The notes: generated by a model from the sequence alone, not told the origin. DNA of 64,000 nt from Microbacteriaceae bacterium (GCA_947443745.1 CANEXL010000001.1:3185-67184), one strand, 5' to 3'. Counted from the first letter of the stretch, positions 19,774 to 34,524 are shown. Numbers and translations are program-made.

Positions 19774-21192
19774 ATGGACGACGATGAACTACGTTTTGCG
19801 TGGTCCAAGATTTTGACGACGCTCACGGAGGACCCCGGGGTAACTCCGCCACTGTACGGGTTTGCCAGCCTGATTGAACCCAAAGGCATCATGGCGGGAA
19901 CGATCTATCTTGAGGTTCCCAACGACTTCACGCGCAGCATGATCGAGCAACGCCTACGCGCCCCTCTCCTTGGTGCGATTGGTTCCCTCGGCGTCGACAC
20001 ACAAATTACAACGTTCGCTATTGTCGTCAATCCTGACCTTGGCGCGCCATCATCGCCGGACGAGCTCGCCGTAGAAAAAGTTACGGAAGCCCGCAACCCA
20101 CCAACGGCACCAACCATCATGTCGGCTCCCGAAGAAACCGAATCTCGGCTGAATCCGAAGTACAACTTTGACAGTTTCGTCATTGGCTCCTCCAACCGCT
20201 TTGCACATGCCGCCGCGGTTGCGGTGGCCGAGGCGCCCGCCAAGGCCTACAACCCACTCTTCATATACGGAGACTCTGGACTTGGCAAGACGCATCTTCT
20301 GCACGCCATCGGTCACTACGCGCAGAGCCTGTACCCCACAATTCGTGTGCGCTATGTGAGTTCCGAAGAATTCACCAACGATTTCATTAACTCCATTGCG
20401 AACAACCGCGGGGCGGCTTTCCAATCCCGGTATCGCAACATTGACATCCTGCTGATTGACGACATCCAGTTTCTTCAAGGAAAAGCGGAAACCCAGGAAG
20501 CCTTCTTTCACACCTTCAATACCCTCCACGATCACAACAAACAGGTCGTTATCACGAGTGATTTGCCCCCCAAACATCTCACCGGTTTTGAAGACAGAAT
20601 GAGAACGCGTTTTGAATGGGGCCTCATTACGGATGTCCAGACTCCCGACCTCGAAACCCGGATTGCCATCCTTCGTAAAAAAGCCGAGCGAGAAAAGCTG
20701 ACCGCCCCAGACGACATCCTGGAATTCATCGCCTCAAAGGTCACAACAAATATCAGGGAGCTTGAAGGCACCCTTATTCGCGTCACGGCATTTGCCACCC
20801 TCAACCGCGAGCCCATCAATCTTCCCCTGGTGCAGACGGTCCTCAAAGATCTCATCACACTCGACGAAGACAACATCATTGCTCCGGTTGACATCATTAA
20901 TACGACGGCGGATTATTTTCGCTTAGGAATTGACGAACTCACAGGGACCTCGCGCGCGCAAGCCATTGCGACGGCTCGCCAAATTGCCATGTATCTATGT
21001 AGGGAAATGACAAACCTCTCCCTTCCCAAAATTGGGCAGCTCTTTGGTGGCCGCGATCACACGACCGTCATGCACGCGTGTAAAAAAATTGCGGAATTGA
21101 TGAAGGAACGGCGATCGATTTACAACCAGGTGACTGAGTTGACCACAAAGATAAAACAGGGGACGGCTTACACGCACAACGGCATGAATTAG
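19774..21192 (+). CDS. dnaA: Chromosomal replication initiator DnaA
   Basis: YNPLFIYGDSGLGKTHL, LLIDDIQF, NIRELEG, GGRDHTTVMHA; start set at ATG 19774. Confidence 0.98.
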   Translation: MDDDELRFAWSKILTTLTEDPGVTPPLYGFASLIEPKGIMAGTIYLEVPNDFTRSMIEQRLRAPLLGAIGSLGVDTQITTFAIVVNPDLGAPSSPDELAVEKVTEARNPPTAPTIMSAPEETESRLNPKYNFDSFVIGSSNRFAHAAAVAVAEAPAKAYNPLFIYGDSGLGKTHLLHAIGHYAQSLYPTIRVRYVSSEEFTNDFINSIANNRGAAFQSRYRNIDILLIDDIQFLQGKAETQEAFFHTFNTLHDHNKQVVITSDLPPKHLTGFEDRMRTRFEWGLITDVQTPDLETRIAILRKKAEREKLTAPDDILEFIASKVTTNIRELEGTLIRVTAFATLNREPINLPLVQTVLKDLITLDEDNIIAPVDIINTTADYFRLGIDELTGTSRAQAIATARQIAMYLCREMTNLSLPKIGQLFGGRDHTTVMHACKKIAELMKERRSIYNQVTELTTKIKQGTAYTHNGMN

Positions 21193-21562
21193 GGGTTAAC
21201 CCTTGTTTTATGCACCTGTGGACAACGTTGTGGATAAAAAAGAAACACGCCGGATAAACCTGTGAACAAGATCGGCTTAGCGGTGGAAAAGGCGCCGGAT
21301 GAACAACAGCCACGACGAAGCCTTCGCGTAGTTGTTGTACCTCTGCCCACAACTTACAAAGATGTAGTTCCTATTTATTCAGCCGGATCACAAGAGTTAT
21401 CCACAGTATCCACAGGCGTTAATAAGATTAAAAAGTTAATTAACTAAGAGAAGACAGGAGGATGACATTTGGTGGAGGGCCCCAAGGACTCACCGCGCAT
21501 GTCATTCAACACCGATAACATAAAGCTCACCCCCCAGTGGGTTCTAACAGGAGGTCAAGCAG
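21193..21562. other. oriC (dnaA-dnaN intergenic region)
   Basis: DnaA boxes TGTGGACAA 21217, TGTGGATAA 21229, TGTGAACAA 21261, TTATCCACA 21397, GTATCCACA 21406, then an AT-rich tract at 21419-21450. Confidence 0.92.
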
Positions 21563-22708
21563 GTGAAGTTCCAGGTCAACAGAGACGTCCTCAGTGAGGC
21601 TGTCTCGTTTGCGGTAAAGCTGCTTCCTGCCCGCACAACATTGCCGATCCTCAGTGGAGTCCTTATTGAGGCCGGCACCGATGGGCTCGTGTTGTCGTCC
21701 TTCGACTACGAGGTCTCGACGCAGACAAAAATTGCTGCCGCTGTTGAAAGCGAGGGTCGGGCCCTTGTTTCGGGACGCTTGCTCTCAGAAATTGCCAACC
21801 GCCTCCCAAATGCGCCCGTCACATTTGAGACCATTGACTCGCGAATTCACGTCACCTGCGGTCAAGCGAACTTCACCTTGTTGTCAATGCCCGTTGATGA
21901 GTATCCAACGATTCCCCAGGTTGAAGGCGAGACGGGCATTATTCCCGCCGAGGACTTTGCTGCCGCTGTTGCCCAGGTCGCCGTTGCTGCGTCGCGCGAC
22001 GATGTCACACCCGTGATCACTGGCGTTCAGTTAGAAATTTCTGGAACGAACCTGTCCATGATTGCCACAGACCGTTACCGGGTCGCCATCCGTGATATTC
22101 CTTGGGAATCACGAAGCAGCCAAGGGGACATCGCAGCACTGGTTCCTGCTCGCACCATCCAAGAAATTGGCAAGACATTTGGTCACGGCGGAAATATTTC
22201 CATCTCCATCACAAATAAAGATGATCGAGAACTAATTGCCTTCACCGCTGATAACAAGACGGTCACCTCATTACTAATTAAGGGAAATTTTCCTCCCGTC
22301 AAACGGCTCTTTCCCGAGACTGTTGAAAATTATGCCGTAGTGAGCACGAGCGATCTTATTGAAGCGACGCGACGTGTAAAGCTTGTGGTGGAGCGTGAGG
22401 CCGCCTTGAGATTTACCTTCGAAAACAACTCCCTGACGTTGGAAGCCATCGGTGGTGAGCAGGCTCAAGCATCAGAAACAATTGATGCGGCAATCACTGC
22501 GCCGGCACAGGTCGTCGTTTCGCTGAAGCCCGACTTTCTTCTTGATGGGCTCGGTGCTGTGCACTCAGAGTTCACTCGCATTGCGTTTACATCCGTTGAC
22601 AACCCCGGCAAGCCAGGACCGGTACTCATTACGAGCCAGACGTCTAAAGAGAGCAACTCAGAGAACCCCTACCGTTATCTCTTGCAGCCCAACTTGCTCC
22701 TGCGCTAA
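21563..22708 (+). CDS. dnaN: DNA polymerase III beta clamp
   Basis: LSSFDYEVS, ATDRYR, YLLQP; follows dnaA. Confidence 0.97.
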   Translation: MKFQVNRDVLSEAVSFAVKLLPARTTLPILSGVLIEAGTDGLVLSSFDYEVSTQTKIAAAVESEGRALVSGRLLSEIANRLPNAPVTFETIDSRIHVTCGQANFTLLSMPVDEYPTIPQVEGETGIIPAEDFAAAVAQVAVAASRDDVTPVITGVQLEISGTNLSMIATDRYRVAIRDIPWESRSSQGDIAALVPARTIQEIGKTFGHGGNISISITNKDDRELIAFTADNKTVTSLLIKGNFPPVKRLFPETVENYAVVSTSDLIEATRRVKLVVEREAALRFTFENNSLTLEAIGGEQAQASETIDAAITAPAQVVVSLKPDFLLDGLGAVHSEFTRIAFTSVDNPGKPGPVLITSQTSKESNSENPYRYLLQPNLLLR

Positions 22709-22739
22709 ATAAGCTGACAACAACGCTGAGAGTTTTTCC

Positions 22740-23927
22740 ATGCGAGTGAGTTCGATTAGTCTTCGGGATTTTCGCAACTACGCCGAAGCTGACATTACGG
22801 TCGAAGACGGATGCGTTGTTCTCGTGGGTTCCAACGGCCAGGGAAAAACAAATCTGGTCGAGGCACTTAATTTCCTATCAACTCTCGGGTCCCACCGGAC
22901 CTCTGTTGAAAGCGCGATGATTCGCAGCGGACAAAACGCCGCGATTATTCGAGTTCACCTGGCGCATCAGGATCGACAAATCTTGCTCGAGGCTCAACTC
23001 AATCGTGACGGTGCCAACAAGGCCCAGTTCAATAGAGGTGCTGCCAAGCTCCGGGATTTTCCCCGTTACATCGCGACGGTTCTCTTCGCGCCAGAAGACC
23101 TGATGTTGATTCGCGGCGACCCAGCTAATCGCCGCAAGTTTCTGGACGATCTCATCGTTGCGCGAGTGCCGCGTCTTTACTCGGTCTTGAGTGATTACGA
23201 TCGCGCACTTAAACAGCGAAACACGCTACTGAAGACGGCCAGGCTTGCGGCAGGTGGCATCGACAAACTGACGACGCTAGACATCTGGGATGATCGGCTC
23301 GTCACCCTCGGCTCGGAAATTATGGTCGAGCGGCAACGTCTGATTCGAGACCTATCTACTCCGGTTATGATGGCCTATCGATCCATCGCCGGGGACTCCC
23401 ACTCTCCGCAGTTGATGATGAAAGAAAGCATCTCGGTTGTTGGGCCAGACGGTCATCGAGACGATGAGCGCGCCGGTCATTCCGATTCCGCGGCTGGTAA
23501 TTCGGCAATCCACAGCGTCGCCGCGACGGCGCGAGCTTTTTCGAGGGTCCTAGCGGCGGAACGCTCGGCCGAAGTTGATCGGGGGGTGACGCTTTTTGGG
23601 CCTCACCGGGACGACGTCGAATTTTCTCTCAACGGGTTACCCACGAAGGGATACGCGAGCCACGGCGAGACGTGGTCTTACGCCTTGTCTCTTCGGTTGG
23701 GGGCGGCTCGGCTACTACGCGAGGAATCCGTTCTCGGGGACCCCATTCTTATCCTCGACGACGTGTTCGCTGAGCTGGATACGTCACGGAGAGAGCGCCT
23801 CGCGACGGCGGTTAGTGACTTCGAGCAGGTGTTCATAACGGCCGCTGTTCGACACGATGTTCCCGAGTCTCTGCTCCAGCAAGTCTTCTCCGTCGATCGG
23901 GGAACAATTGCGAGGACGCAGGAATGA
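22740..23927 (+). CDS. recF: DNA replication/repair protein RecF
   Basis: DFRNY, GSNGQGKTNLVEA, GPHRDD, ASHGE, LILDDVFAELD. Confidence 0.97.
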   Translation: MRVSSISLRDFRNYAEADITVEDGCVVLVGSNGQGKTNLVEALNFLSTLGSHRTSVESAMIRSGQNAAIIRVHLAHQDRQILLEAQLNRDGANKAQFNRGAAKLRDFPRYIATVLFAPEDLMLIRGDPANRRKFLDDLIVARVPRLYSVLSDYDRALKQRNTLLKTARLAAGGIDKLTTLDIWDDRLVTLGSEIMVERQRLIRDLSTPVMMAYRSIAGDSHSPQLMMKESISVVGPDGHRDDERAGHSDSAAGNSAIHSVAATARAFSRVLAAERSAEVDRGVTLFGPHRDDVEFSLNGLPTKGYASHGETWSYALSLRLGAARLLREESVLGDPILILDDVFAELDTSRRERLATAVSDFEQVFITAAVRHDVPESLLQQVFSVDRGTIARTQE

Positions 23928-24625
23928 CAAACAACGAGAACCCGGGCGGACAGAATTCACCGAAGGCAAATAGTCTCGCTGGAGACCACAATTCATCCGA
24001 AATGTTTCACGTGAAACAAACAGAGCGCGAAGAAAATTCTGTCCTGGAGCCTGTCCCGGAGCCTTCCCTGGAACCCGGGCCAGCCGCGGAGCCCGTGGAG
24101 CTGGTGCCGCCAGCCGGCTCAGTGGAGACAGCGGAGACAACGGAGTCGTCAACAATGTATGGGCGGCTCAAGTCCAAGGCGACGGGGGTCCCCTTTAACT
24201 CGCGGCGCAAGGGCGGCCCGCGCCAACGCCGCGACCTGGATACCCCCGGGGAGGCCCCCTTCACGCCCGGCCGGGACCCGCGCGGGCTTGGATCTGTATT
24301 GGATAATCTCACCGCGGATCTCGGGTGGACGTCGACACTGGCCAAGTCCGAGCTTTTGGTCTCTTGGGCGGACGTCGTCGGTGCCGATATCGCCGCCCGC
24401 ACTCAACCCGTCGCGATTGAAGAGCACACCCTTACGGTCTCGTGTGAATCAACGGCGTGGGCGACTCAGCTGCGCTTGATGAGTTCGGACATCTTGACAA
24501 AAATTATTCAGCGCTACCCTGGGGCCGACGTGACGAGCATCCGCTTTCAGGGGCCTAACGCGCCCTCCTGGAAAAGGGGTCCCAGATCAATTCCAGGGCG
24601 CGGCCCTCGCGATACTTACGGCTAG
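23924..24625 (+). CDS. dciA: DUF721/DciA helicase-operating protein
   Basis: W.DVVG..IA, STAWATQLR, GRGPRDTYG C-terminus; between recF and gyrB. Confidence 0.85.
   Translation: MTNNENPGGQNSPKANSLAGDHNSSEMFHVKQTEREENSVLEPVPEPSLEPGPAAEPVELVPPAGSVETAETTESSTMYGRLKSKATGVPFNSRRKGGPRQRRDLDTPGEAPFTPGRDPRGLGSVLDNLTADLGWTSTLAKSELLVSWADVVGADIAARTQPVAIEEHTLTVSCESTAWATQLRLMSSDILTKIIQRYPGADVTSIRFQGPNAPSWKRGPRSIPGRGPRDTYG
24003..24018. promoter_or_regulatory. parS site 3 (perfect)
   Basis: TGTTTCACGTGAAACA within the 5' part of the DUF721 gene. Confidence 0.92.
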
Positions 24626-29331
<4,706 letters not shown>

Positions 29332-29339
<8 letters not shown>

Positions 29340-29748
29340 CACCATGAAGAGAATCTCCAGCAAGATTCCCAAACCCAGTAGGGGCCCAGAGCTCAAGCAA
29401 GTAAGACTGAAACTCGTCTACATCGACTTCTTCTCTGCTTTGAAGCTCTCGTTTCTGCTCGGGGTTGCTCAGGCCGTTGTCGTCATCGTTGCATCGTTCC
29501 TGTTGTACATGGTCTTCGTTCAGACGGGAATCTTTGACCGCGCCAACACGGTGGCAGGTCAGGTCTTAGGTGGCCAACAATTCAACATTAAAGATGTCAT
29601 TTCTGTGGGTAATGTCCTGGGTTTCTCTGCGCTGGTAGCGGGAATCAACTTGGTCATCATCACGGTTTTGGGCGCTGTGTGTGCCGTGATTTACAACGCG
29701 GCAGCAAAAATCGTCGGTGGTTTGTCCGTAGGATTCACCAACCAATAG
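29332..29748 (+). CDS. DUF3566 membrane protein
   Basis: [13 protein letters not shown]...GGL; conserved position after gyrA. Confidence 0.85.
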
Positions 29749-29803
29749 TGACTCGATTTAGACAAACGGCAGAACTCCGGTAGTCTCATCCTTGGTCAAA
29801 AAA

Positions 29804-29877
29804 GGGGCTATAGCTCAGGTGGTTAGAGCGCTTCACTGATAATGAAGAGGTCCCAGGTTCAAGTCCTGGTAGCCCCA
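29804..29877 (+). tRNA. tRNA-Ile(GAT)
   Basis: Cloverleaf GGGGCTA...TAGCCCCA; anticodon loop CTGATAA. Confidence 0.97.
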
Positions 29878-29911
29878 CAAGTTTCTCGTCTGAGATACTT
29901 AACTGCAGTAC

Positions 29912-29984
29912 GGGGCCTTAGCTCAATTGGTAGAGCGCCTGCTTTGCAAGCAGGAGGTCAGGAGTTCGATTCTCCTAGGCTCCA
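29912..29984 (+). tRNA. tRNA-Ala(TGC)
   Basis: GGGGCCT...AGGCTCCA with G3:U70; anticodon loop TTTGCAA. Confidence 0.97.
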
Positions 29985-29990
29985 CAAACG

Positions 29991-30023
29991 AAAAAGAACC
30001 TCCCTTATAGGGGAGGTTCTTTT
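29991..30023 (+). terminator. tRNA operon terminator
   Basis: AAAAGAACCTCCC-loop-GGGAGGTTCTTTT. Confidence 0.85.
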
Positions 30024-30170
30024 CGTTTGCGGCACTTACACGGTGAATCGAACCCGAAGGGGGAGATGGGCCCCCGTTAGCGGCGTCGCGAACGCAAAGC
30101 GTTCGCAGCCTGGCTAGTAGGGGACTCCGTAGGCTCGACGCAACAGAGCCCTGGAGATTACGCTGGACGT

Positions 30171-30437
30171 ATGGCCTCCACAGATCCGCGCGATAAGCAT
30201 GGCCGCTTGAAGCGCAAACCGGTCGAGATGACCCCGGACATCAAGCAGGCCCTGGAGTCCGCGGGACTGCGTGCTGACTTTGACCACCGCCCGCCCTATC
30301 AGCGCAATGAATATCTTGCGTGGGTGACCCGGGCCGAGCATCCTGATATTCGGGCAAAACGCCTGAAGCAGATGCTCGATGAGCTCGGCAAGGGCGGCCT
30401 CTACATGCGGGCGGATGACCCCGCGTCGCGCAAGTAA
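30171..30437 (+). CDS. YdeI/OmpD-associated family protein
   Basis: F..RPPYQRNEYLAWV..A.....R.KRL.QMLDEL. Confidence 0.8.
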   Translation: MASTDPRDKHGRLKRKPVEMTPDIKQALESAGLRADFDHRPPYQRNEYLAWVTRAEHPDIRAKRLKQMLDELGKGGLYMRADDPASRK

Positions 30438-30467
30438 CAAAATCTTGCTTTGCGTCAGAATGGTCGC

Positions 30468-30788
30468 ATGTATTCGGCAGCGTTCATCTTTCAGCCCGGC
30501 ACGTACGACGCGGAGTTTCATCGACTCGACGCTCTCATCGACGAGGTCGCACATTCTCTCCCGGGGTTCCTCGGTTCAGAAACGTGGGTCTCGCAAGACG
30601 GTCTCACGAGGAACGCCACGTATTACTGGACAGACCTCGAGACCCTGCGGGTCTTTTCGCAGCATCCAGATCACCTAGAAGCAAAGCGCAACTACGCGAA
30701 ATGGTATGACGGGTACCACGTCATCATTAGCAAGGTTGAGCGCGTGTACGGCGACGGGAACCTGCAGCACCCCACGTCTCAGGCGTGA
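30468..30788 (+). CDS. ABM (antibiotic biosynthesis monooxygenase) family protein
   Basis: PGFLG.E, YYW.D, HPDHLEAK...KWY. Confidence 0.8.
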   Translation: MYSAAFIFQPGTYDAEFHRLDALIDEVAHSLPGFLGSETWVSQDGLTRNATYYWTDLETLRVFSQHPDHLEAKRNYAKWYDGYHVIISKVERVYGDGNLQHPTSQA

Positions 30789-30988
30789 GGTGCTTTGTGC
30801 CGAGACGCACGCAAACCGAAGGCCAAGCCTCCGGACGGCAGGACGACTAGTCCAAAGGCACAGAGAATGGCAATCCATTCGCCAGTTGCCAGGCTGACCC
30901 AGAAACCGAGCGAGATCATGACCACGCTGTAAAAAATTGCCGCAAACCATATGCGGCGCGAGAACACAGATGTTCTTCCTGTTGTCAT
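30779..30988 (-). CDS. Small two-TM hypothetical protein
   Basis: 69 aa with two hydrophobic helices; TAGCGT 6 nt before ATG. Confidence 0.55.
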   Translation of the reverse strand: MTTGRTSVFSRRIWFAAIFYSVVMISLGFWVSLATGEWIAILCAFGLVVLPSGGLAFGLRASRHKAPHA

Positions 30989-31181
30989 GCTTCGACGCTA
31001 CGGCGGAGTTTGGCGTGCAGCAACCTCGTTTAGGGAAGAGTAAGCGGGTCCTCAGGTGGTGCCGCGAGCATCCGACCTCAGCGTTCAGCCATCAACGAAT
31101 TGGCGGTTGCCGTCGACGAGGGTGTGAGTGGTAGCTTCCAAGGAGGCGCTTGTATTCGAGCGACTTTATTGGGGGGCCATC

Positions 31182-31664
31182 ATGACGGGTAATGCTGAAC
31201 AGAACGAATCGAAAGTTGAACCAGTAAATACGGTCTCTTCGGGGGCAGTATTTTGCAGCGGTTGCGGCAAGGCACTAGTCGCGTCGTCGGCGTTCTGCCC
31301 CGGCTGTGGCACTCCCCGGGCAAACTCACTTCCGACGGCAGTCGCGATGGCGCCGATTATCGGCACGGCCTATTACGGTGCTCCCATTGGAAGGCCGCTG
31401 GTGAAATCCAAAACTACAGCCGTTGTCTTGGCGGTTTTCCTAGCCTTTTGGACCTGGCTCTACTCGTATAAAACGGACGCGTGGAAGTTCTGGGTGGGAC
31501 TACCCGTATATGTTCTTGGTTTCATCCTCACGCCGATTGGCGTGGGATTCTTCTTGACATTCGGAATTCACATTTGGGCGATCATCGATGCTGCCGTGAA
31601 GCCAGCAATTTACTATGACCGTTACTGGGAACCCAAGGTTCCAATCGCAATCTATGGAAATTGA
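31182..31664 (+). CDS. Zinc-ribbon plus TM2-like membrane protein
   Basis: FCSGCG...FCPGCG, KSKTTAVVLAVFL, IWAIIDA. Confidence 0.75.
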   Translation: MTGNAEQNESKVEPVNTVSSGAVFCSGCGKALVASSAFCPGCGTPRANSLPTAVAMAPIIGTAYYGAPIGRPLVKSKTTAVVLAVFLAFWTWLYSYKTDAWKFWVGLPVYVLGFILTPIGVGFFLTFGIHIWAIIDAAVKPAIYYDRYWEPKVPIAIYGN

Positions 31665-31738
31665 TCAGGCCACTTAGAGGTGCGCGGGAGTATCCCGATT
31701 GAGCGGGTCCTCCGGTGCATGCCGCGAGTGCAGAGACG

Positions 31739-32398
31739 TTATTGCTCGTCGTCGCGAAGGTCGTCGTGCTCGTCGTCCTCCGCTTGGTTCAGCAGAGAGT
31801 TGCGCAGCGTCTGGTCGGCCTCGAGGGTGAGGGCGAGAGTCGCGGTCAGGAGCTCGTGCACTGTTTCGGACTTCAGCAGATCCATTTGGTCGAGCTGGCC
31901 GACAGGGAGGATGCCGGCGATCTGCCAGGACGAGGCAACCGGGTCATCGGAGAGTTCGATGCTGGGGTCCCAGGGGAGGTCACCGAACTCGCTGGCAAAG
32001 GCCAGGAGGCGGCGTACCTGTGTTTCGACCTCGACGCGGAGGGGTTCGTCTTCGATGTTCCACTCCAGCTCGGGGAGAAACTCGACGCTGGCCTGAGGGT
32101 AGGGAAACTCCGCCATCCACTCTGTTACGCGAAAGCGCTGGCCTCCGGCCGCTACGAGGCCCATGAAGTCCTCTGAGGAGCCAATTTGAGCGACGCGTGC
32201 CGTGGTTCCCAAGGCGAAGCGCTTTTCGCCGCCACCGACCTCTTGACCACGCTCAATGAGCACAATTCCGAACTCGGGGTCTTCGGCTTCCATCATGTCG
32301 CCGAGAAGCTTTAGGTATCGCTCTTCGAAAATGCGCAAAGTGATGGGCATGTGCGGAAACAGCACGGACCCCAGGGGGAACATCGGCATCATGACCAC
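31739..32398 (-). CDS. LON peptidase substrate-binding domain protein
   Basis: PMFPLGSVLFP...LRIFEERY, FGIVLIERGQEVGG. Confidence 0.85.
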   Translation of the reverse strand: MVMMPMFPLGSVLFPHMPITLRIFEERYLKLLGDMMEAEDPEFGIVLIERGQEVGGGEKRFALGTTARVAQIGSSEDFMGLVAAGGQRFRVTEWMAEFPYPQASVEFLPELEWNIEDEPLRVEVETQVRRLLAFASEFGDLPWDPSIELSDDPVASSWQIAGILPVGQLDQMDLLKSETVHELLTATLALTLEADQTLRNSLLNQAEDDEHDDLRDDEQ

Positions 32399-32410
32399 AG
32401 TGACAGCAAA

Positions 32411-32893
32411 CTACTCGTCTTCAGAAACCCAGAGTTCGTCATCAGCGCGGAAGGTCTGCCATGCGACATACCCGATTCCGATGACGGCGGCGGCGAGGAT
32501 GCCCAGACCGATGTACTTTCCGGCACCCGCAGACTTGGCAACGGGAACCACGAGCGGACGGGCCTTGGACGCGAGGGACGTTACTCGAGAGGCAACCTGG
32601 CCCAATCGCTGATCGCGAGCGGCGTCGATGACCGACAGGGTCGAGCCAATAACGGCAGCGACGGAAGGCAAGACGTCATCGACAAGCTTGTCGCGCGTGT
32701 TGCGGGCAGTTGACCGGGCACCACGGGCGACCCGCGGGATGACCTCTTCAGAGGTGACGCGCCCTAGTTCGCGGCTGGCCTCGCGCACAACGGTGGCGGC
32801 ATGAGCGAGAACGCGCTGCTGCTCGTGTAAAAGTTCTTCCGCGTGAAGCTTCAGTACTTCTGCTTCACTCATGTTCTTTCGTGACGAACCCAT
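32411..32893 (-). CDS. Conserved helical protein with C-terminal TM
   Basis: Helical N-terminus; TM followed by AWQTFRADDELWV; divergent from ppiA. Confidence 0.7.
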   Translation of the reverse strand: MGSSRKNMSEAEVLKLHAEELLHEQQRVLAHAATVVREASRELGRVTSEEVIPRVARGARSTARNTRDKLVDDVLPSVAAVIGSTLSVIDAARDQRLGQVASRVTSLASKARPLVVPVAKSAGAGKYIGLGILAAAVIGIGYVAWQTFRADDELWVSEDE

Positions 32894-33005
32894 GTGACCC
32901 CTCCAATGGCGGCAATCTGATGGTTCCATCCTCCCACTGTTCTCCCTGAAAGTGACCTGAGTAAATGGTGCGAGTGCTGAGGAGGCGGTGTGAAAGAATT
33001 AGCAC

Positions 33006-33545
33006 ATGCCTATTCACACTGCAGTAGCAACCATGAACACCACGCTTGGCCCCATCAAGGTGAACCTTTACGGTCACCAGGCGCCTAAGACGGTCAAAAA
33101 CTTCGTTGGCCTTGCCACGGGGGAGATCGAGTGGACCAACCCTAAGACCGGTAAGAAGAGCAACGACCCGCTGTACAACGGCGTTATCTTTCACCGCATC
33201 ATCCCCGAGTTCATGATTCAGGGTGGCGACCCCCTCGGCACCGGTACCGGCGGCCCCGGCTACCAGTTCGATGACGAAATCAACTCAGAGCTCAACTTTG
33301 TCGAGCCTTACATCTTGGCTATGGCTAACGCCGGTACCCAAGGTGGCAAGGGCACCAACGGTTCACAGTTCTTCATCACGATTGCTCCCACCACGTGGTT
33401 ACAGGGCAAGCACACGATCTTCGGTGCCGTTGTTGACGAGGAGAGCCGCAAGATTGTCGACCAGTTGGGCGTCGTTGCTACGGATGGTCGCGACCGCCCC
33501 CTCACCGACGTCATCATTGAGTCGATCACCGTCGAAGCTGTTTAG
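33006..33545 (+). CDS. ppiA: Cyclophilin-type peptidyl-prolyl isomerase
   Basis: FHRIIPEFMIQGGDP, LAMANAG, NGSQFFIT, WLQGKHTIFG. Confidence 0.95.
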   Translation: MPIHTAVATMNTTLGPIKVNLYGHQAPKTVKNFVGLATGEIEWTNPKTGKKSNDPLYNGVIFHRIIPEFMIQGGDPLGTGTGGPGYQFDDEINSELNFVEPYILAMANAGTQGGKGTNGSQFFITIAPTTWLQGKHTIFGAVVDEESRKIVDQLGVVATDGRDRPLTDVIIESITVEAV

Positions 33546-33589
33546 CTTCTTCGCGATCAGCTAACGACGACTTTTTACGACAGCACCTC

Positions 33590-34471
33590 GTGACTCTTCC
33601 CTCATCGTCTTCTGGCGTGGAACCTGCTCCTCGTGGGTGCTACCGCCACAGTGACCGACCCACGTACATCGTGTGTCAACGCTGCTCAAGGCCGATTTGT
33701 GTGGACTGCCAGACGCAGGCTGCTGTCGGTGTGATTTGCCCGGAGTGCCGGGGTGCCCAACGCGCCGCGGCTCCCCGGCGCTCTTTTCGCTCCTACTTTC
33801 GCGTAGCGGGAACGAACACCCCTGTCGTGACGCTGTCGATTATTGCGCTCACCGTCTTCGTCTTCTTATTGCAACTGATTCCCTGGCTTGGGGTCACGGA
33901 TGCGTTGGCCTACGCCCCCGCATACTCTGGCATGGCAATCCCGGGTTATGCCCCCGTGCCGTTTGAGCCGTGGCGCATGATGACGTCGGTCTTCACGCAT
34001 TCAACGGGATTCATCTTCCACGTTCTGCTCAATATGTACACCCTGTGGATCTTCGGCCAAATCCTGGAGTCCATGCTGGGTCGCGCGCGATTCCTCACGT
34101 TGTACTTGGCTGCCGGCCTCGCGGGTTCTGTCGGCGTGATGTTCTTGGCTACTCCAGAGACGTTTGTCGTGGGGGCATCCGGCGCCATCTTTGGGCTCCT
34201 CGGCGCATTCCTCGTTATTCAGCGCAAGCTCGGCGGCAATACGACATCACTGCTGATTCTGGTGGGCATCAACCTGTTGATGGGTTTCTTGCCGGGCTTG
34301 AATGTGGCGTGGCAAGCACACCTAGGTGGGCTTATTGGCGGAGTGCTTCTCGGCCTCGTCTTTGTGCAGACGCGGCGAATTAATCAGCAACGCGCTCAGG
34401 TGGGGTGGACGATCGCTATCATCGCGGGACTCTTGGTGCTGAGCTTCTCGCACGCCCCGCTCTTCGCGTAA
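33590..34471 (+). CDS. Rhomboid intramembrane protease with N-terminal zinc finger
   Basis: CYRH..C.RC..IC.DC; WR, GASG, AHLGG. Confidence 0.93.
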   Translation: MTLPSSSSGVEPAPRGCYRHSDRPTYIVCQRCSRPICVDCQTQAAVGVICPECRGAQRAAAPRRSFRSYFRVAGTNTPVVTLSIIALTVFVFLLQLIPWLGVTDALAYAPAYSGMAIPGYAPVPFEPWRMMTSVFTHSTGFIFHVLLNMYTLWIFGQILESMLGRARFLTLYLAAGLAGSVGVMFLATPETFVVGASGAIFGLLGAFLVIQRKLGGNTTSLLILVGINLLMGFLPGLNVAWQAHLGGLIGGVLLGLVFVQTRRINQQRAQVGWTIAIIAGLLVLSFSHAPLFA

Positions 34472-34481
34472 AGCGGAGAAC

Positions 34482-34524
34482 TTATCCACAGGTTATCCAC
34501 ATGGGGAGAATTACACCGGTGTAA
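34482..34524. promoter_or_regulatory. Tandem DnaA boxes plus a 14-bp palindrome between rhomboid and crgA
   Basis: TTATCCACA at 34482 and 34493; TTACACCGGTGTAA at 34511-34524. Confidence 0.8.

Noticed and set aside
29842-30117. 91-aa ORF over the tRNA genes; also the 52497 start overlapping tRNA-Leu
   Set aside because: Overlap with unambiguous tRNAs
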